The notes under the pieces were generated by a model that did not search any database, was not told the DNA's origin, and saw nothing but the letters and a program-made list of their open reading frames with translations. Positions 21,056-30,631 of a DNA stretch of 64,000 nucleotides are shown here, piece after piece. The DNA comes from Candidatus Staskawiczbacteria bacterium RIFOXYB1_FULL_37_44 (GTDB lineage: Bacteria > Patescibacteriota > Minisyncoccia > Minisyncoccales > Staskawiczbacteraceae): the NCBI GenBank assembly GCA_001822065.1, contig MHPJ01000001.1:6870-70869 (forward strand). The letters run 5' to 3'. The translations under genes and the position numbers were made by a program. How positions within the stretch are numbered: position 1 is the stretch's first letter; each line of letters opens with the position of its first letter.

Positions 21056-23366
21056 AAAAACTTTTAATAAATTGTTCAATCTGGGGTTTTAGTTCGGGAT
21101 TTGTTTTAATTATTTCTTGAGCTAATTGTTTTGCCATTACATAGTTCCCCAATTCTTTGTGGCAAAGCATAATAGATGTTTTGTATTGCACTTCTCCCGG
21201 ATTTATTTCAGATAATTTTTGATAAAGAGGCAGCATTTCTTTGTAATTTTCAGTTTCCAAGTATGCTGCTACAAGCTGTCTTAACGCAATTTCACTATCT
21301 TCCACGGAATATCCATTCTCTTTTGCCTTTTCTGCAAATTCTTTTCCAGCTTTAATGTCTCCTAAATAAATATTAATTAATCCGGAAATCCAAAGACATT
21401 CACGGCTTTGGGGGAAGGTTTTTAGGCAATAGACCGATTCTTCTTTTGCTCTTTTCAAATCTTCTAAGGATACAGTAGCCATAAAAGAACTAAAAAGAAT
21501 TGTGGGGTTTCTTGGGCTTAATTTCAGGGCTTTATTGAAAGCGTCATTGGATTTGTTTATAAGCTCCGGATCGTTTTTTTCTTTTGCAATTGTTGCCAAA
21601 GATTCTCCCAAACGGAGCCAATTTTTGTAATCATATGGTTGGAGCTCAGTATTTTTTTGGGAAATTTCTGACACTTTTTTTGAAAGCTGGGCATTTTCAT
21701 CTGGATGTTTAATTATTCTGTTTATCAACATATTTAGGTATACAGAATTTGTGTAAGGAAGAAAAAAGGTATTTATTTTTGACTGTTTGTCTAAAATTTT
21801 GGAAGCGCCCTGCCAGTCGTTATATTCGTTTGCCAGCGTTTGGGCAATAATAATTTGTTTATTCATCTGCAAAGGAAAAAAGTTATATTGCCAAAGGAAT
21901 ATTATTAAAACCAGAAATAAAACGCAAAGAGCCGGAATTTTGATAAATTTTAATCTATTTGTTATTACTTCGCTCCTCCCGCCTTCGCCAAGGCTTCGGC
22001 GGGCATGCGCAATAACGTCGACTTGATTTGCATTTGCAGAGTAAATTAAATGTATAGAGTAGGCCGCCAAAAAGAAAAAAATAAGCATAATTGCAAAGCC
22101 GTCAATGGATGCCAAAGACGCTATAGAAAAAGCCAAAAGCCCTGCTTGCAGTCCGTTGGCAGCCGGGTATTGATGTTTAATTTTTTGCAGACCCCAAAAA
22201 AGAGAAAATAAAAAAACAAGATAAAAAATTAAAGCAAAAATTCCGGAATCAACTAAAATTTGTATCAAGTAATTATGCGCCCTGTCAAAATCTTTTAGGT
22301 CTTTCATTATGGGCAAAGTAGGGTCATAATGTTTGTTGAAGGCGACATAAAAGTTTTCCGGGCCGTATCCAAAAAATGGCCTTTCCAAAAAGGCTGATAT
22401 TGATATTTTCCATGCAGATGTTCTTGCCGGATCAGCTGAAAAACCACGCGTTAAGGATGTTATTCTTATTGTCGGTTCTTTTAATAAATTAGGCCATTTT
22501 CCATAAATTTGCGGGTGGCTGCTTAAAAAAAAGATAAAAATGAGAAGTACAATAGGTAAAATTATTGCGCCCGTTTTTATTTTTTTCATCTTTTTAGGAT
22601 TAAAAATTAAAAACCAAAAAATTCCAATCGAAAGTCCTAAAAAAGCGGCTCTGCCTTGCGCTATAAAAATAATTGAAAAGGAATAGAAAATAACCAAAAA
22701 TAAATAAAAATATTTTTTTATATTGCGTTTTTCTAAGATAAAGAAAGAAAACGCCACAAAGAACATGGGCAGAAGATAAAGAGAAAGTATTAATGAATTT
22801 CCTAGGGTTGAGCTTGGTCTTGTGTTTGTGTGAGTAAAAATATTATCTAAAACCCCGAATAGTTGGAAAATTGCCACCAATCCCACCAAAAATCCGATAA
22901 CCAGAGAAAAGTCAAGAAGTTTTTTCCAGTGTTCTTTTTTGACAATTGCCAAAGTTAAAAATAAAAAAAGAACGAAAAAAGTAAAATTTATAAAGCCCGC
23001 GCCTCTTTCGGGAGTTCCCCATAAGCTACGAGATACGTCGAGTGAAAGCAGTGTAGAAACGAAAACAATAAAGAAATAAGCCAAAAGCGAAATTATTGGT
23101 ATAAAAACCGCAGAGCGCGGGTTTAACGCCTCTTTCCAGCCCGAGGCTGGTCCGCCTTGGTCGGATATTTTTTTTAAGCTTATTTTTTCTTTAAACAAGT
23201 AAATAAAACCTAAAATAGCCAGTATCGATCTGAACGCAATTGCTTGCGTATATGATGGGGGTGTAAACCATGGCGGGATATTTAACGCCGGCAAGGCCAA
23301 CATTATAAAAAATCCGATTATATATATCAAATAAGAGATTTTATTATTTTCGTTGATTTTAGACAT
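21054..23366 (-). CDS. O-antigen ligase/polymerase-like (Wzy_C-type) polytopic membrane protein fused to C-terminal TPR repeats
   Basis: More than 10 predicted TM helices in the N-terminal 450 aa. TPR-like C-terminal third ('AFNKALKLSPRNPT', 'YLGDIKAGKEFAEKAKE'). Two GC-rich in-frame inserts. Confidence 0.65.
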   Translation of the reverse strand: MSKINENNKISYLIYIIGFFIMLALPALNIPPWFTPPSYTQAIAFRSILAILGFIYLFKEKISLKKISDQGGPASGWKEALNPRSAVFIPIISLLAYFFIVFVSTLLSLDVSRSLWGTPERGAGFINFTFFVLFLFLTLAIVKKEHWKKLLDFSLVIGFLVGLVAIFQLFGVLDNIFTHTNTRPSSTLGNSLILSLYLLPMFFVAFSFFILEKRNIKKYFYLFLVIFYSFSIIFIAQGRAAFLGLSIGIFWFLIFNPKKMKKIKTGAIILPIVLLIFIFFLSSHPQIYGKWPNLLKEPTIRITSLTRGFSADPARTSAWKISISAFLERPFFGYGPENFYVAFNKHYDPTLPIMKDLKDFDRAHNYLIQILVDSGIFALIFYLVFLFSLFWGLQKIKHQYPAANGLQAGLLAFSIASLASIDGFAIMLIFFFLAAYSIHLIYSANANQVDVIAHARRSLGEGGRSEVITNRLKFIKIPALCVLFLVLIIFLWQYNFFPLQMNKQIIIAQTLANEYNDWQGASKILDKQSKINTFFLPYTNSVYLNMLINRIIKHPDENAQLSKKVSEISQKNTELQPYDYKNWLRLGESLATIAKEKNDPELINKSNDAFNKALKLSPRNPTILFSSFMATVSLEDLKRAKEESVYCLKTFPQSRECLWISGLINIYLGDIKAGKEFAEKAKENGYSVEDSEIALRQLVAAYLETENYKEMLPLYQKLSEINPGEVQYKTSIMLCHKELGNYVMAKQLAQEIIKTNPELKPQIEQFIKSF

Positions 23367-23369
23367 GGT

Positions 23370-24140
23370 TTATTTTATTTTTGGAATTGTTTGCAGAAAG
23401 AGTTTTTTAACATTTTCAGCATTTTTCCCGAATATTTTTAAAATTTCTTCCCATGTAACTGTCTCCTTTTCCATCCAGCTGTCATAATCTGTTGACATTG
23501 CCACTGCCGCATATTTGATGCCTGCTTCATTGGCAAGAATACATTCAGGAGCTATGGACATGTTAATTACATCAGCTCCCCAAATCCGAAACATTTTTGA
23601 CTCTGCGCGGGTTGAGAATCGAGGTCCTTCTATTGTTATCACTGTTCCTTTGTGGTGCAGTTTGAGTTGCAATTCTTTTGCGCTTGCAATTAAAATCTTC
23701 CGTAAATCCTCTGAAAAAGGGTCAGGCATGGCAGTATGCTTTGCATTTTTCGCTCCGCCAGAAAATTCCTCATAATAGGTTATTTTTCTATGTCTTGTAA
23801 AATCAATAAATTGATCTAGCGCAACAAGATCGCCTCGTTCTATTTCTTTTTTTAGGCTTCCGCAGGCAGTACTGGCAAGTATGCTTTTTACGCCAAGTTC
23901 TTTCAAGGCCATAATATTCGCTCTGAAATTGACTTGTGTTGGAGGAATGGTATGACGTCTGCCGTGTCTTGCCAAAAATACAACTTTTTTTCCATGTATT
24001 TCGCCAATTTTTAATGGAGAACTCGGTCGGCCGTATATAGTGTCTGCCTCAAAATCTTTTGCATTTTCTAAAATATCTGCATCATCAAGGCCAGAGCCTC
24101 CTATTATGCCAATTTCCGCAGAAAATTTTTGAATTTCCAT
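23370..24140 (-). CDS. mtnP: S-methyl-5'-thioadenosine phosphorylase (PNP family 2)
   Basis: 'IGIIGGSG', 'FLARHGRRHTIPPTQVNFRANI', 'MSTDYDSW'. Confidence 0.8.
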   Translation of the reverse strand: MEIQKFSAEIGIIGGSGLDDADILENAKDFEADTIYGRPSSPLKIGEIHGKKVVFLARHGRRHTIPPTQVNFRANIMALKELGVKSILASTACGSLKKEIERGDLVALDQFIDFTRHRKITYYEEFSGGAKNAKHTAMPDPFSEDLRKILIASAKELQLKLHHKGTVITIEGPRFSTRAESKMFRIWGADVINMSIAPECILANEAGIKYAAVAMSTDYDSWMEKETVTWEEILKIFGKNAENVKKLFLQTIPKIK

Positions 24141-24278
24141 TTTATTATTTGACCTTTTAATAAATTTCTTCCTTTAAGCTCCTTAACTATATCAACGGCA
24201 GCTTTCATTGTACCTCCAGTAGCTAAAACATCGTCAACCAGCAAGATTTTTTAGTTTAATTAGATTATTGTTTTCCAT
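24141..24278 (-). pseudogene. Remnant of a type-I phosphoribosyltransferase (PRPP-binding loop only)
   Basis: The minus strand reads 'KILLVDDVLATGGTMKAAVDIVKELKGRNLL', directly preceded by TAA. An upstream ATG (24278) is out of frame across an A6 run (24247-24252). Even if repaired, the ORF would be under 60 aa. Confidence 0.55.
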
Positions 24279-24432
24279 ATTGGTTTATGATATAAATAAA
24301 AAAGTAAAAAAGCAACAACAAAAATGAAAAAAATGCCCAAATAGTAGATAAAAAAGAAGTTATAAAAAAATGGCGGCACAAAAATATTAGGCCGTTATGC
24401 ATTAGCTGTAATGATAGAAAAAGAAATAAATT

Positions 24433-25149
24433 ATGAGAAAAGTGGAAAAAAAACTTAATAGTTTTAAGGCAGTAATTTTGGCTGGCGGGCAGGGGACTCG
24501 TTTGTATCCGATAACAAGAGAAATACCAAAGCCGCTACTTCCGGTAAATAAAAAGCCGATTATTAATTATTTGGTTGATTTATTTCATTCTTACGGAGTA
24601 AAAGACATTGCCATTTTGATCAGTGAAGATCAGTTTGAGGATTTTGTCTGGTGGAAAAAACGTTATTATCCTAAAAATAATATTTTGCTGAAAAAAGAAA
24701 AGGAGCCGTTAGGAACTTTTGGCGGACTTTTTTTTCTAAAGAATTGGGTCGGGAAAAATTTGTTCTTTTTTACTAATGGAGATGAATTGAAAGAAATTAA
24801 TTTATTTAAAATGGCTGAATTCCATAAAAAAATAAATCCTATAGCTACCGTAGCATTGGTTGAAACATCAAATCCTTGCGAATACGGAGTAGCGGTTTGT
24901 GATTCGAATTTTGTAAAAGAATTTATAGAAAAACCCAAAAATCCGTTATCAAACTATGTGAATTCCGGTATTTCCTTATTTTCACCGAAAGTCTTTGATT
25001 ATCATCCTGGACCCAAATTTTTAATGTACGAAAAAGATTTATTTCCAATTTTATCGAAGGAAAAAAAATTGGCTGGTTTTAAATTCAAGGGTAAATGGAT
25101 AGACACTGGCACATGGGAGAGATACAGTAAAGCTTTAGATATGTGGTAA
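24433..25149 (+). CDS. Sugar-1-phosphate nucleotidyltransferase (mannose-1-P guanylyltransferase-like)
   Basis: 'AVILAGGQGTRLYPITREIPKPLLPV'. First gene of a block that contains gmd and fcl. Confidence 0.7.
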   Translation: MRKVEKKLNSFKAVILAGGQGTRLYPITREIPKPLLPVNKKPIINYLVDLFHSYGVKDIAILISEDQFEDFVWWKKRYYPKNNILLKKEKEPLGTFGGLFFLKNWVGKNLFFFTNGDELKEINLFKMAEFHKKINPIATVALVETSNPCEYGVAVCDSNFVKEFIEKPKNPLSNYVNSGISLFSPKVFDYHPGPKFLMYEKDLFPILSKEKKLAGFKFKGKWIDTGTWERYSKALDMW

Positions 25150-25163
25150 AATTATTTCGAAGG

Positions 25164-25221
25164 TGCTATAATTTGACACTTTTTGACCTCTATTGACACC
25201 AATTCAATAAGGGATTATTAT
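25164..25221 (+). promoter_or_regulatory. Promoter/operator region: extended -10, three TTGAC repeats phased at 10 bp, second -10
   Basis: TGcTATAAT (25164-25172). TTGAC at 25173, 25183 and 25193. TTGACA(25193)-17 nt-TATTAT(25216-25221), 10 nt before the ATG at 25231. Confidence 0.45.
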
Positions 25222-25230
25222 TAAATAGTT

Positions 25231-25485
25231 ATGAATATTCCAGCTGAAATTCAACCTAAAAAAATATATACCCCCAAAGAAGCTAGGGATTTTTTAAAAG
25301 TTTCGGAAAGCACGATGAAAAGAATGCTAAAAAGAGGCATCATTAAAGCATATAAGGTTTCAGGCCAATATAGAATTTGGGGAAGCGAAATATTGGTTCT
25401 TGTATCTCCAAAACTGGAATCTGGAGTATATAAAGTTTACAAAAAAATAAGAGAAAATACGCATAAGGCTATTGAAAAATGGTAA
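25231..25485 (+). CDS. Small HTH DNA-binding protein (excisionase/MerR-like HTH_17)
   Basis: 'YTPKEARDFLKVSESTMKRMLKRGIIKAYKVSGQYRI'. Confidence 0.6.
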   Translation: MNIPAEIQPKKIYTPKEARDFLKVSESTMKRMLKRGIIKAYKVSGQYRIWGSEILVLVSPKLESGVYKVYKKIRENTHKAIEKW

Positions 25486-25510
25486 TTTTAGCATTATTAA
25501 ATTAAGGAAA

Positions 25511-26323
25511 ATGATTGGAAAACAAAAAATAGGCATATTGGGGGTTGGCATGGTAGGGGGCTCTCTTAAAAGATATTTTGAAAAACAGGAAAATGTGGAG
25601 CTTTTTTTGTATGATAAAAAAGGATTGGGTTCTTTGGGGGATTTGAATAAGGCCGATTTTGTTTATGTGTGTCTCCCAACTCCTTATGTTTCTGAAAAAG
25701 GATGCGATACTTCTATTATAGAAGAAGGAGTAAAAAATATTTCAGGAAACAAAATTATTATAATTAAATCAACTGTTATTCCGGGCACAACAGATAAAAT
25801 GCAGGAAAAATTTCCTCAACACAAATTTTTATTTAACCCTGAATTTTTAACCGAAGCCACTGCCGACCAAGATATGTTTTTACCCGATAGGCAAATAATG
25901 GGTTACACAAAAGAAAGTTATAGTATTTCTAAAAATGTTTTACAGCAGCTTCCTTTAGCTCCGTACGAGGATATAGTGCCGGCTATAGTGGCTGAATTTA
26001 TAAAGTATGCCAATAATACATGGTTTGCCGTAAAAGTTGCAATGAACAATGAGCTGTATGACCTGGCAAAAAAAACGGGCATTTCTGAAGAAGAATGGGA
26101 AAAACTGGTATCTGGGATAGCATCTGACAAGAGAGTGGGGAGGACTCATTTAACGATAGTACATAAGGAAAAAAGAGGATATTGGGGCAAATGCTTGCCA
26201 AAAGATATAAAAGCTTTGCTGAAATTTGCTGAAGATTCCGGCGTTGAGATGCCTGTTCGTGAGGCTGCAAATAAATATAACGACAAATTATTAAACTCGC
26301 AGGGAGTTAAGGAATTTATATAA
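25511..26323 (+). CDS. Short UDP-glucose/GDP-mannose dehydrogenase-family protein lacking the C-terminal nucleotide-sugar-binding domain
   Basis: '[12 protein letters not shown]', '[13 protein letters not shown]', catalytic-Cys context '[10 protein letters not shown]'. About 270 aa. ATG at 25511 preferred over the TTG at 25472. Confidence 0.6.
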   Translation: MIGKQKIGILGVGMVGGSLKRYFEKQENVELFLYDKKGLGSLGDLNKADFVYVCLPTPYVSEKGCDTSIIEEGVKNISGNKIIIIKSTVIPGTTDKMQEKFPQHKFLFNPEFLTEATADQDMFLPDRQIMGYTKESYSISKNVLQQLPLAPYEDIVPAIVAEFIKYANNTWFAVKVAMNNELYDLAKKTGISEEEWEKLVSGIASDKRVGRTHLTIVHKEKRGYWGKCLPKDIKALLKFAEDSGVEMPVREAANKYNDKLLNSQGVKEFI

Positions 26324-26327
26324 ACAT

Positions 26328-27395
26328 ATGGTTGAAGAGCAAGAAAATAGGAAAAAAGCGCTTATAACTGGGATCACTGGACAAGACGGCTCATATTTAG
26401 CTGAGTTTTTGATTTATAAGGGGTATGAGGTTCATGGGATAATAAGAAGGGCGAGCACATTTAATACTCAGCGCATAGATCATATTTATCAAGATCCTCA
26501 TGCTAATAATGTCAGATTGTTTAATCATTACGGTGACTTAACGGATGCTGGAAATTTAGAAAAAATTATAAACCAAGTAAAGCCAGATGAAATATATCAT
26601 TTGGGAGCGCAATCGCATGTAAGGGTTAGTTTTGATATGCCAGAATTTACCTCAAATACTGTGGCGCTTGGAACTTTGAGGATTTTGGAGGCTATAAAGA
26701 ATTCCAGCAGGCCAATTAAATTTTATAACGCTGCTTCTTCCGAAATGTTTGGATCTTCTAATCCTCCGCAAAATGAAGAAACTATTTTTCATCCTAGGTC
26801 GCCGTATGCAGCAGCAAAAGTTTTTTCTTATGAAATAACGCGGGTTTACAGGGAATCGTATGGTATTTTTGCGTGCAACGGTATTTTGTTTAACCATGAA
26901 TCTCCGCGAAGAGGAGAAACATTTGTTACCAGAAAAATAACAAGAGCGATAGCTATAATAAAGGCCGGGTTAGATAAAAAGATATACCTGGGTAATTTAG
27001 ATGCTAAAAGGGACTGGGGATATTCTCCAGAGTATATTGAGGCAATGCACCTAATGCTTCAGCAAGACAAGCCCGCAGATTATGTAATAGGGACTGGCGA
27101 AACCCATACCGTAAAAGAATTTTTAGAGAAGGCTTTTGAATATTCAGGCTTGGGCGATTGGCAAAATTATGTTGAAATTGATCCTGCATATTTTAGACCC
27201 GCTGAAGTAGAAGTTTTGATTGCAGACGCAAAAAAATCAAAAAAAGAGCTGAGCTGGACGCCAAAGATAAAATTTGATGATTTAGTAAAAATAATGGTTG
27301 ATTCTGACATGAGGGCATTAAAATTAACTCCACCCGGAGAAGGAGACAAAATATTAAAAGAAAAATTCTCCGAAAAATGGTGGAGAGTTGATTAA
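26328..27395 (+). CDS. gmd: GDP-mannose 4,6-dehydratase
   Basis: '[44 protein letters not shown]', 'SPYAAAK'. Confidence 0.9.
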   Translation: MVEEQENRKKALITGITGQDGSYLAEFLIYKGYEVHGIIRRASTFNTQRIDHIYQDPHANNVRLFNHYGDLTDAGNLEKIINQVKPDEIYHLGAQSHVRVSFDMPEFTSNTVALGTLRILEAIKNSSRPIKFYNAASSEMFGSSNPPQNEETIFHPRSPYAAAKVFSYEITRVYRESYGIFACNGILFNHESPRRGETFVTRKITRAIAIIKAGLDKKIYLGNLDAKRDWGYSPEYIEAMHLMLQQDKPADYVIGTGETHTVKEFLEKAFEYSGLGDWQNYVEIDPAYFRPAEVEVLIADAKKSKKELSWTPKIKFDDLVKIMVDSDMRALKLTPPGEGDKILKEKFSEKWWRVD

Positions 27396-27397
27396 CT

Positions 27398-28345
27398 ATG
27401 ATTGACCTTAAAACAAAAAAAATTTTAATAACCGGAGCCAACGGATTTGTGGGCAAGCATTTGGTCCAAAACTTATTGGAACTGAAAAATGTTTCGCTAA
27501 ATAATTTGTACACGCCGGATTTCAAGGAATTAGATTTAAGAAAATGGGAGGATTGCCAGAAAGCTGTGCAAGGCAAGGATGTTGTTATACATTTGGCCGC
27601 CAAAGTGGGCGGAATAGGTTTAAACAGGGAAATACCGGGAGAAATGTTTTATGACAATATTATAATGGGTACGCAATTAATGGAGGCTGCGCGACAAGCG
27701 AAGGTGGAAAAGTTTGTGGCTTTAGGTACAATATGCGCTTATCCCAAATTTACGCCCCTGCCCTTTAAGGAAGAATATTTGTGGTCAGGGTATCCCGAAG
27801 AAACTAATGCTCCTTATGGGTTGGCTAAAAAAATGTTATTAGTGCAAGCTCAATCCTACAGGCGGCAATACGGATTTAATGCCATTTATTTATTGCCCGT
27901 TAATATGTATGGTCCCGGAGACAATTTTGACCCCAAAAAATCGCATGTCATTGCAGCCCTTATCAAAAAAATCTACGAAGCGAAAAAGGATAATAAAAAA
28001 TATATTGAAGTTTGGGGTTCGGGCTCTGCAACAAGAGAGTTTCTTTATGTCGAAGACGGAGTGGAGGGAATTATTTTGGCTGCTGAAAAATATGACAAGC
28101 CAGATCCGATAAATTTGGGTTCTGGCGCAGATATTTCAATAAACGATTTAGCGGTTTTGATCTGCAAATTGATGGATTTCAAAGGAGAAATTCGTTGGGA
28201 CAAATCAAAACCGGACGGTCAGCCAAAGCGCCTTTTAGAAGTTTCTAAAGCCCAGAAAGAATTCGGCTTTAAATCAAAGACTAACTTAAGAGAAGGATTG
28301 CAGAAAACAGTCAAATTTTATTTGGAAAATGAAAACAAACAATAA
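27398..28345 (+). CDS. fcl: GDP-L-fucose synthase (GDP-4-keto-6-deoxymannose 3,5-epimerase/4-reductase)
   Basis: 'ILITGANGFVGKHL', 'LGTICAYPKFTPLPFKEE', 'NAPYGLAKK'. Directly follows gmd. Confidence 0.8.
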   Translation: MIDLKTKKILITGANGFVGKHLVQNLLELKNVSLNNLYTPDFKELDLRKWEDCQKAVQGKDVVIHLAAKVGGIGLNREIPGEMFYDNIIMGTQLMEAARQAKVEKFVALGTICAYPKFTPLPFKEEYLWSGYPEETNAPYGLAKKMLLVQAQSYRRQYGFNAIYLLPVNMYGPGDNFDPKKSHVIAALIKKIYEAKKDNKKYIEVWGSGSATREFLYVEDGVEGIILAAEKYDKPDPINLGSGADISINDLAVLICKLMDFKGEIRWDKSKPDGQPKRLLEVSKAQKEFGFKSKTNLREGLQKTVKFYLENENKQ

Positions 28346-29810
28346 AATTTTACAATTTAAATCTTTGCTTTGGGGAAACAAAACCGTAAAGCAGACAATA
28401 TTCAAAAATAGTTTTTGGTTGATATTTGCAGAGGGAATTAATAAGGTTGTAAAACTTTTTTTACTTATCTATATTGCTAAAATTTTCGGACCATTGGAAT
28501 ACGGCAAATTCAGTTTTGCCCTTGCCTTTATAGGTCTGTTTGCAATTTTCCCTAATTTTCTTTCTCCGTCAATTATTGTAAGAGAATTTTCTGGCGATAA
28601 GGAAAAAGAGAAAGAGTTTTCTTCTGTTCTAACCTTTAGAATCATCTTTGGCATCCTGGCTTTAATTTCGATAACAATCGGCTCTTTCTTTATCACACAT
28701 GATATTTCGGTCAGGAAGTTAATTTTTATTTTAGCATTCTATATTCAAATCGACAGTCTCTCCGATTTTTTATCTTTATTCTTTCAGGCAAGACAAAGAA
28801 TGGAGTACCAATCTTTTTCTAAAATTACGAAAAGTATTTTACTTGTGGGATTTGCATTCTTTTTAATTTTTATAGATCCTTCAATTCAAAATCTAGGTTA
28901 TGGCTATTTACTTTCCAGTATTTTGGCGATGATTCTTATTTTGTTTTTTTTCCACAAAAAAATTTATCCAATATCTATAAGCTTAAATAAGAAAATATGG
29001 CAGAGATATTTCTCTCTTCTGTGGCCCGTGGCTTTAGCTGGCTTTTTTCTTTCTCTTACTGCGCAAATGGATGCAGTAATCATGGGACGTATGAATATGA
29101 TTTCTCAGATAGGATATTATAGCGCAGCCCTAAAAATATTAGCCGGGGTTTTTATTCCCTTAGCCCTGCTCAACATAGTTTTTTATCCGGCTATAAATAA
29201 GGCATTCATTGAGGGAAAAGAAAAATTTCAAAAAATTTGGGATTTCCAGATAAGCTTAATGGTTTCTTTACTCTTACCATTATTGGTTGGATGTATTGTT
29301 TTGGCGCCAAAAATTATAAATTTTATTTACGGTGGCAGTTATTCGGCATCAATTTTAGTTTTTCAAATTTTACTTTTCTCAGGAATTATTGTTTTTATAA
29401 ACAAACTTTTTAGCCAGGTTTTATATATTTTGAACAGGCAAAATATGTTTTTATGGATAAATTTAGTCGGAGCGGTAGTGAATATTGGTTTGAATCTTTT
29501 TTTAATACCGCGTTTTGGTATATATGGAGCAGCAGTAGTTAACCTGATCACTTTTTCTGTAATTTTTGTCATTACTATTGCGATTTTAAGGAAATTTATC
29601 TCAATTAGTTTTTTCGATTCCAAATTTTTTGTAACCTCGGCTATTTCAGGACTTGCATGCATTGTGATGTATTTTGCTATTTCAGTTCCCAAGGTTTATG
29701 ATTTGCACGTTGTTTTTTCAGTTTTTATAGGGATGGTTATTTATTCAACTATATTTTTTATTTCTAAATTTTTTCTTAAAAATATCGGGTTAGTAAAAGA
29801 AATTTTTTAG
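28329..29810 (+). CDS. wzx: Wzx-type (MOP superfamily) oligosaccharide flippase
   Basis: 493 aa and highly hydrophobic, with about 12-14 TM helices. N-terminal 'KNSFWLIFAEGINKVVKLFLLIYIAKIFG' is typical of polysaccharide-biosynthesis flippases. Confidence 0.7.
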   Translation: MKTNNKILQFKSLLWGNKTVKQTIFKNSFWLIFAEGINKVVKLFLLIYIAKIFGPLEYGKFSFALAFIGLFAIFPNFLSPSIIVREFSGDKEKEKEFSSVLTFRIIFGILALISITIGSFFITHDISVRKLIFILAFYIQIDSLSDFLSLFFQARQRMEYQSFSKITKSILLVGFAFFLIFIDPSIQNLGYGYLLSSILAMILILFFFHKKIYPISISLNKKIWQRYFSLLWPVALAGFFLSLTAQMDAVIMGRMNMISQIGYYSAALKILAGVFIPLALLNIVFYPAINKAFIEGKEKFQKIWDFQISLMVSLLLPLLVGCIVLAPKIINFIYGGSYSASILVFQILLFSGIIVFINKLFSQVLYILNRQNMFLWINLVGAVVNIGLNLFLIPRFGIYGAAVVNLITFSVIFVITIAILRKFISISFFDSKFFVTSAISGLACIVMYFAISVPKVYDLHVVFSVFIGMVIYSTIFFISKFFLKNIGLVKEIF

Positions 29811-29824
29811 AAAATTTAAATTTT

Positions 29825-30631
29825 ATGGCTTTATCAAATAAAACAAAAATTGGAATTGTAGGCATGGGATTTTTAGGGGGGGCGGTTAAATACTGGTTTG
29901 ACAAGCAAGAATTTCCAGCATTTTTTTACGATAAATATAAAGGGGTGGGATCTGTGGAAGAAATCAATAATGCCGAGATAATATTTATTTGCCTGCCCAC
30001 TCCTTTTTTAGAAGAAGAGAACAAAGGGTTTGATGATTCAGCCATATGGGAAACTTTAGATTTGATTGATGGGCAGAAAATTATAGTCATAAGATCTACG
30101 GTTTTGCCCGGCTCAACCGAAAAATACCAGAAAAACTTTCCGCATCATAAGTTTCTAATGAACCCGGAATTTTTAGTTGCAAAAACAGCGATACAAGATT
30201 TTATAAATCCAAACAGGCAGATAATTGGATGTACTGAGGTCAGTAAAGACGTGGCCGAAAATGTACTGAAAATTTTACCAAAAGCGCCGTTTGAAAAAAT
30301 AGTTTCGGCCACAGAAGCTGAAATGATTAAATATTTTGGAAATGTTTTTTTGGCAAACAGGTTAATTTTTGCAAACCAAATGTACGATATTTGCCAAAAA
30401 ATTGGAGCAGACTACGAAACCGTTAAGGAGTGCGCCGGATCCGACTCAAGGATAGGGCTAAGCCACTTTGATGTTCTTTGCGATGGTTATAGGGGTTATT
30501 CAGGAGCTTGCTTGCCAAAGGATACAAAGGCATTAATTCAGTTTGCCCAAAAAGTAGGAGTTGATGCAAAACTGCTAAAAACTATCGACGAGATAAATAA
30601 TAAGTTGATCGACGGAAATAATCATGATTAA
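29825..30631 (+). CDS. Short UDP-glucose/GDP-mannose dehydrogenase-family protein, paralogue of 25511-26323
   Basis: 'KIGIVGMGFLGGAV', 'NPEFLVAKTAIQD', 'GYSGACLPKD'. 268 aa. Confidence 0.6.
   Translation: MALSNKTKIGIVGMGFLGGAVKYWFDKQEFPAFFYDKYKGVGSVEEINNAEIIFICLPTPFLEEENKGFDDSAIWETLDLIDGQKIIVIRSTVLPGSTEKYQKNFPHHKFLMNPEFLVAKTAIQDFINPNRQIIGCTEVSKDVAENVLKILPKAPFEKIVSATEAEMIKYFGNVFLANRLIFANQMYDICQKIGADYETVKECAGSDSRIGLSHFDVLCDGYRGYSGACLPKDTKALIQFAQKVGVDAKLLKTIDEINNKLIDGNNHD

Noticed and set aside
24265-24402. 45-aa Phe/Leu-rich minus-strand ORF upstream of the PRTase remnant.
   Set aside because: It is produced by poly-T/A tracts in an intergenic region. It has no RBS and no similarity to the missing PRTase N-terminal half.
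25918-26270. Three nested minus-strand ORFs inside the UGDH-like gene, and similar antisense ORFs throughout 26,600-62,000.
   Set aside because: All are antisense to tightly packed, motif-supported plus-strand genes of the superlocus.
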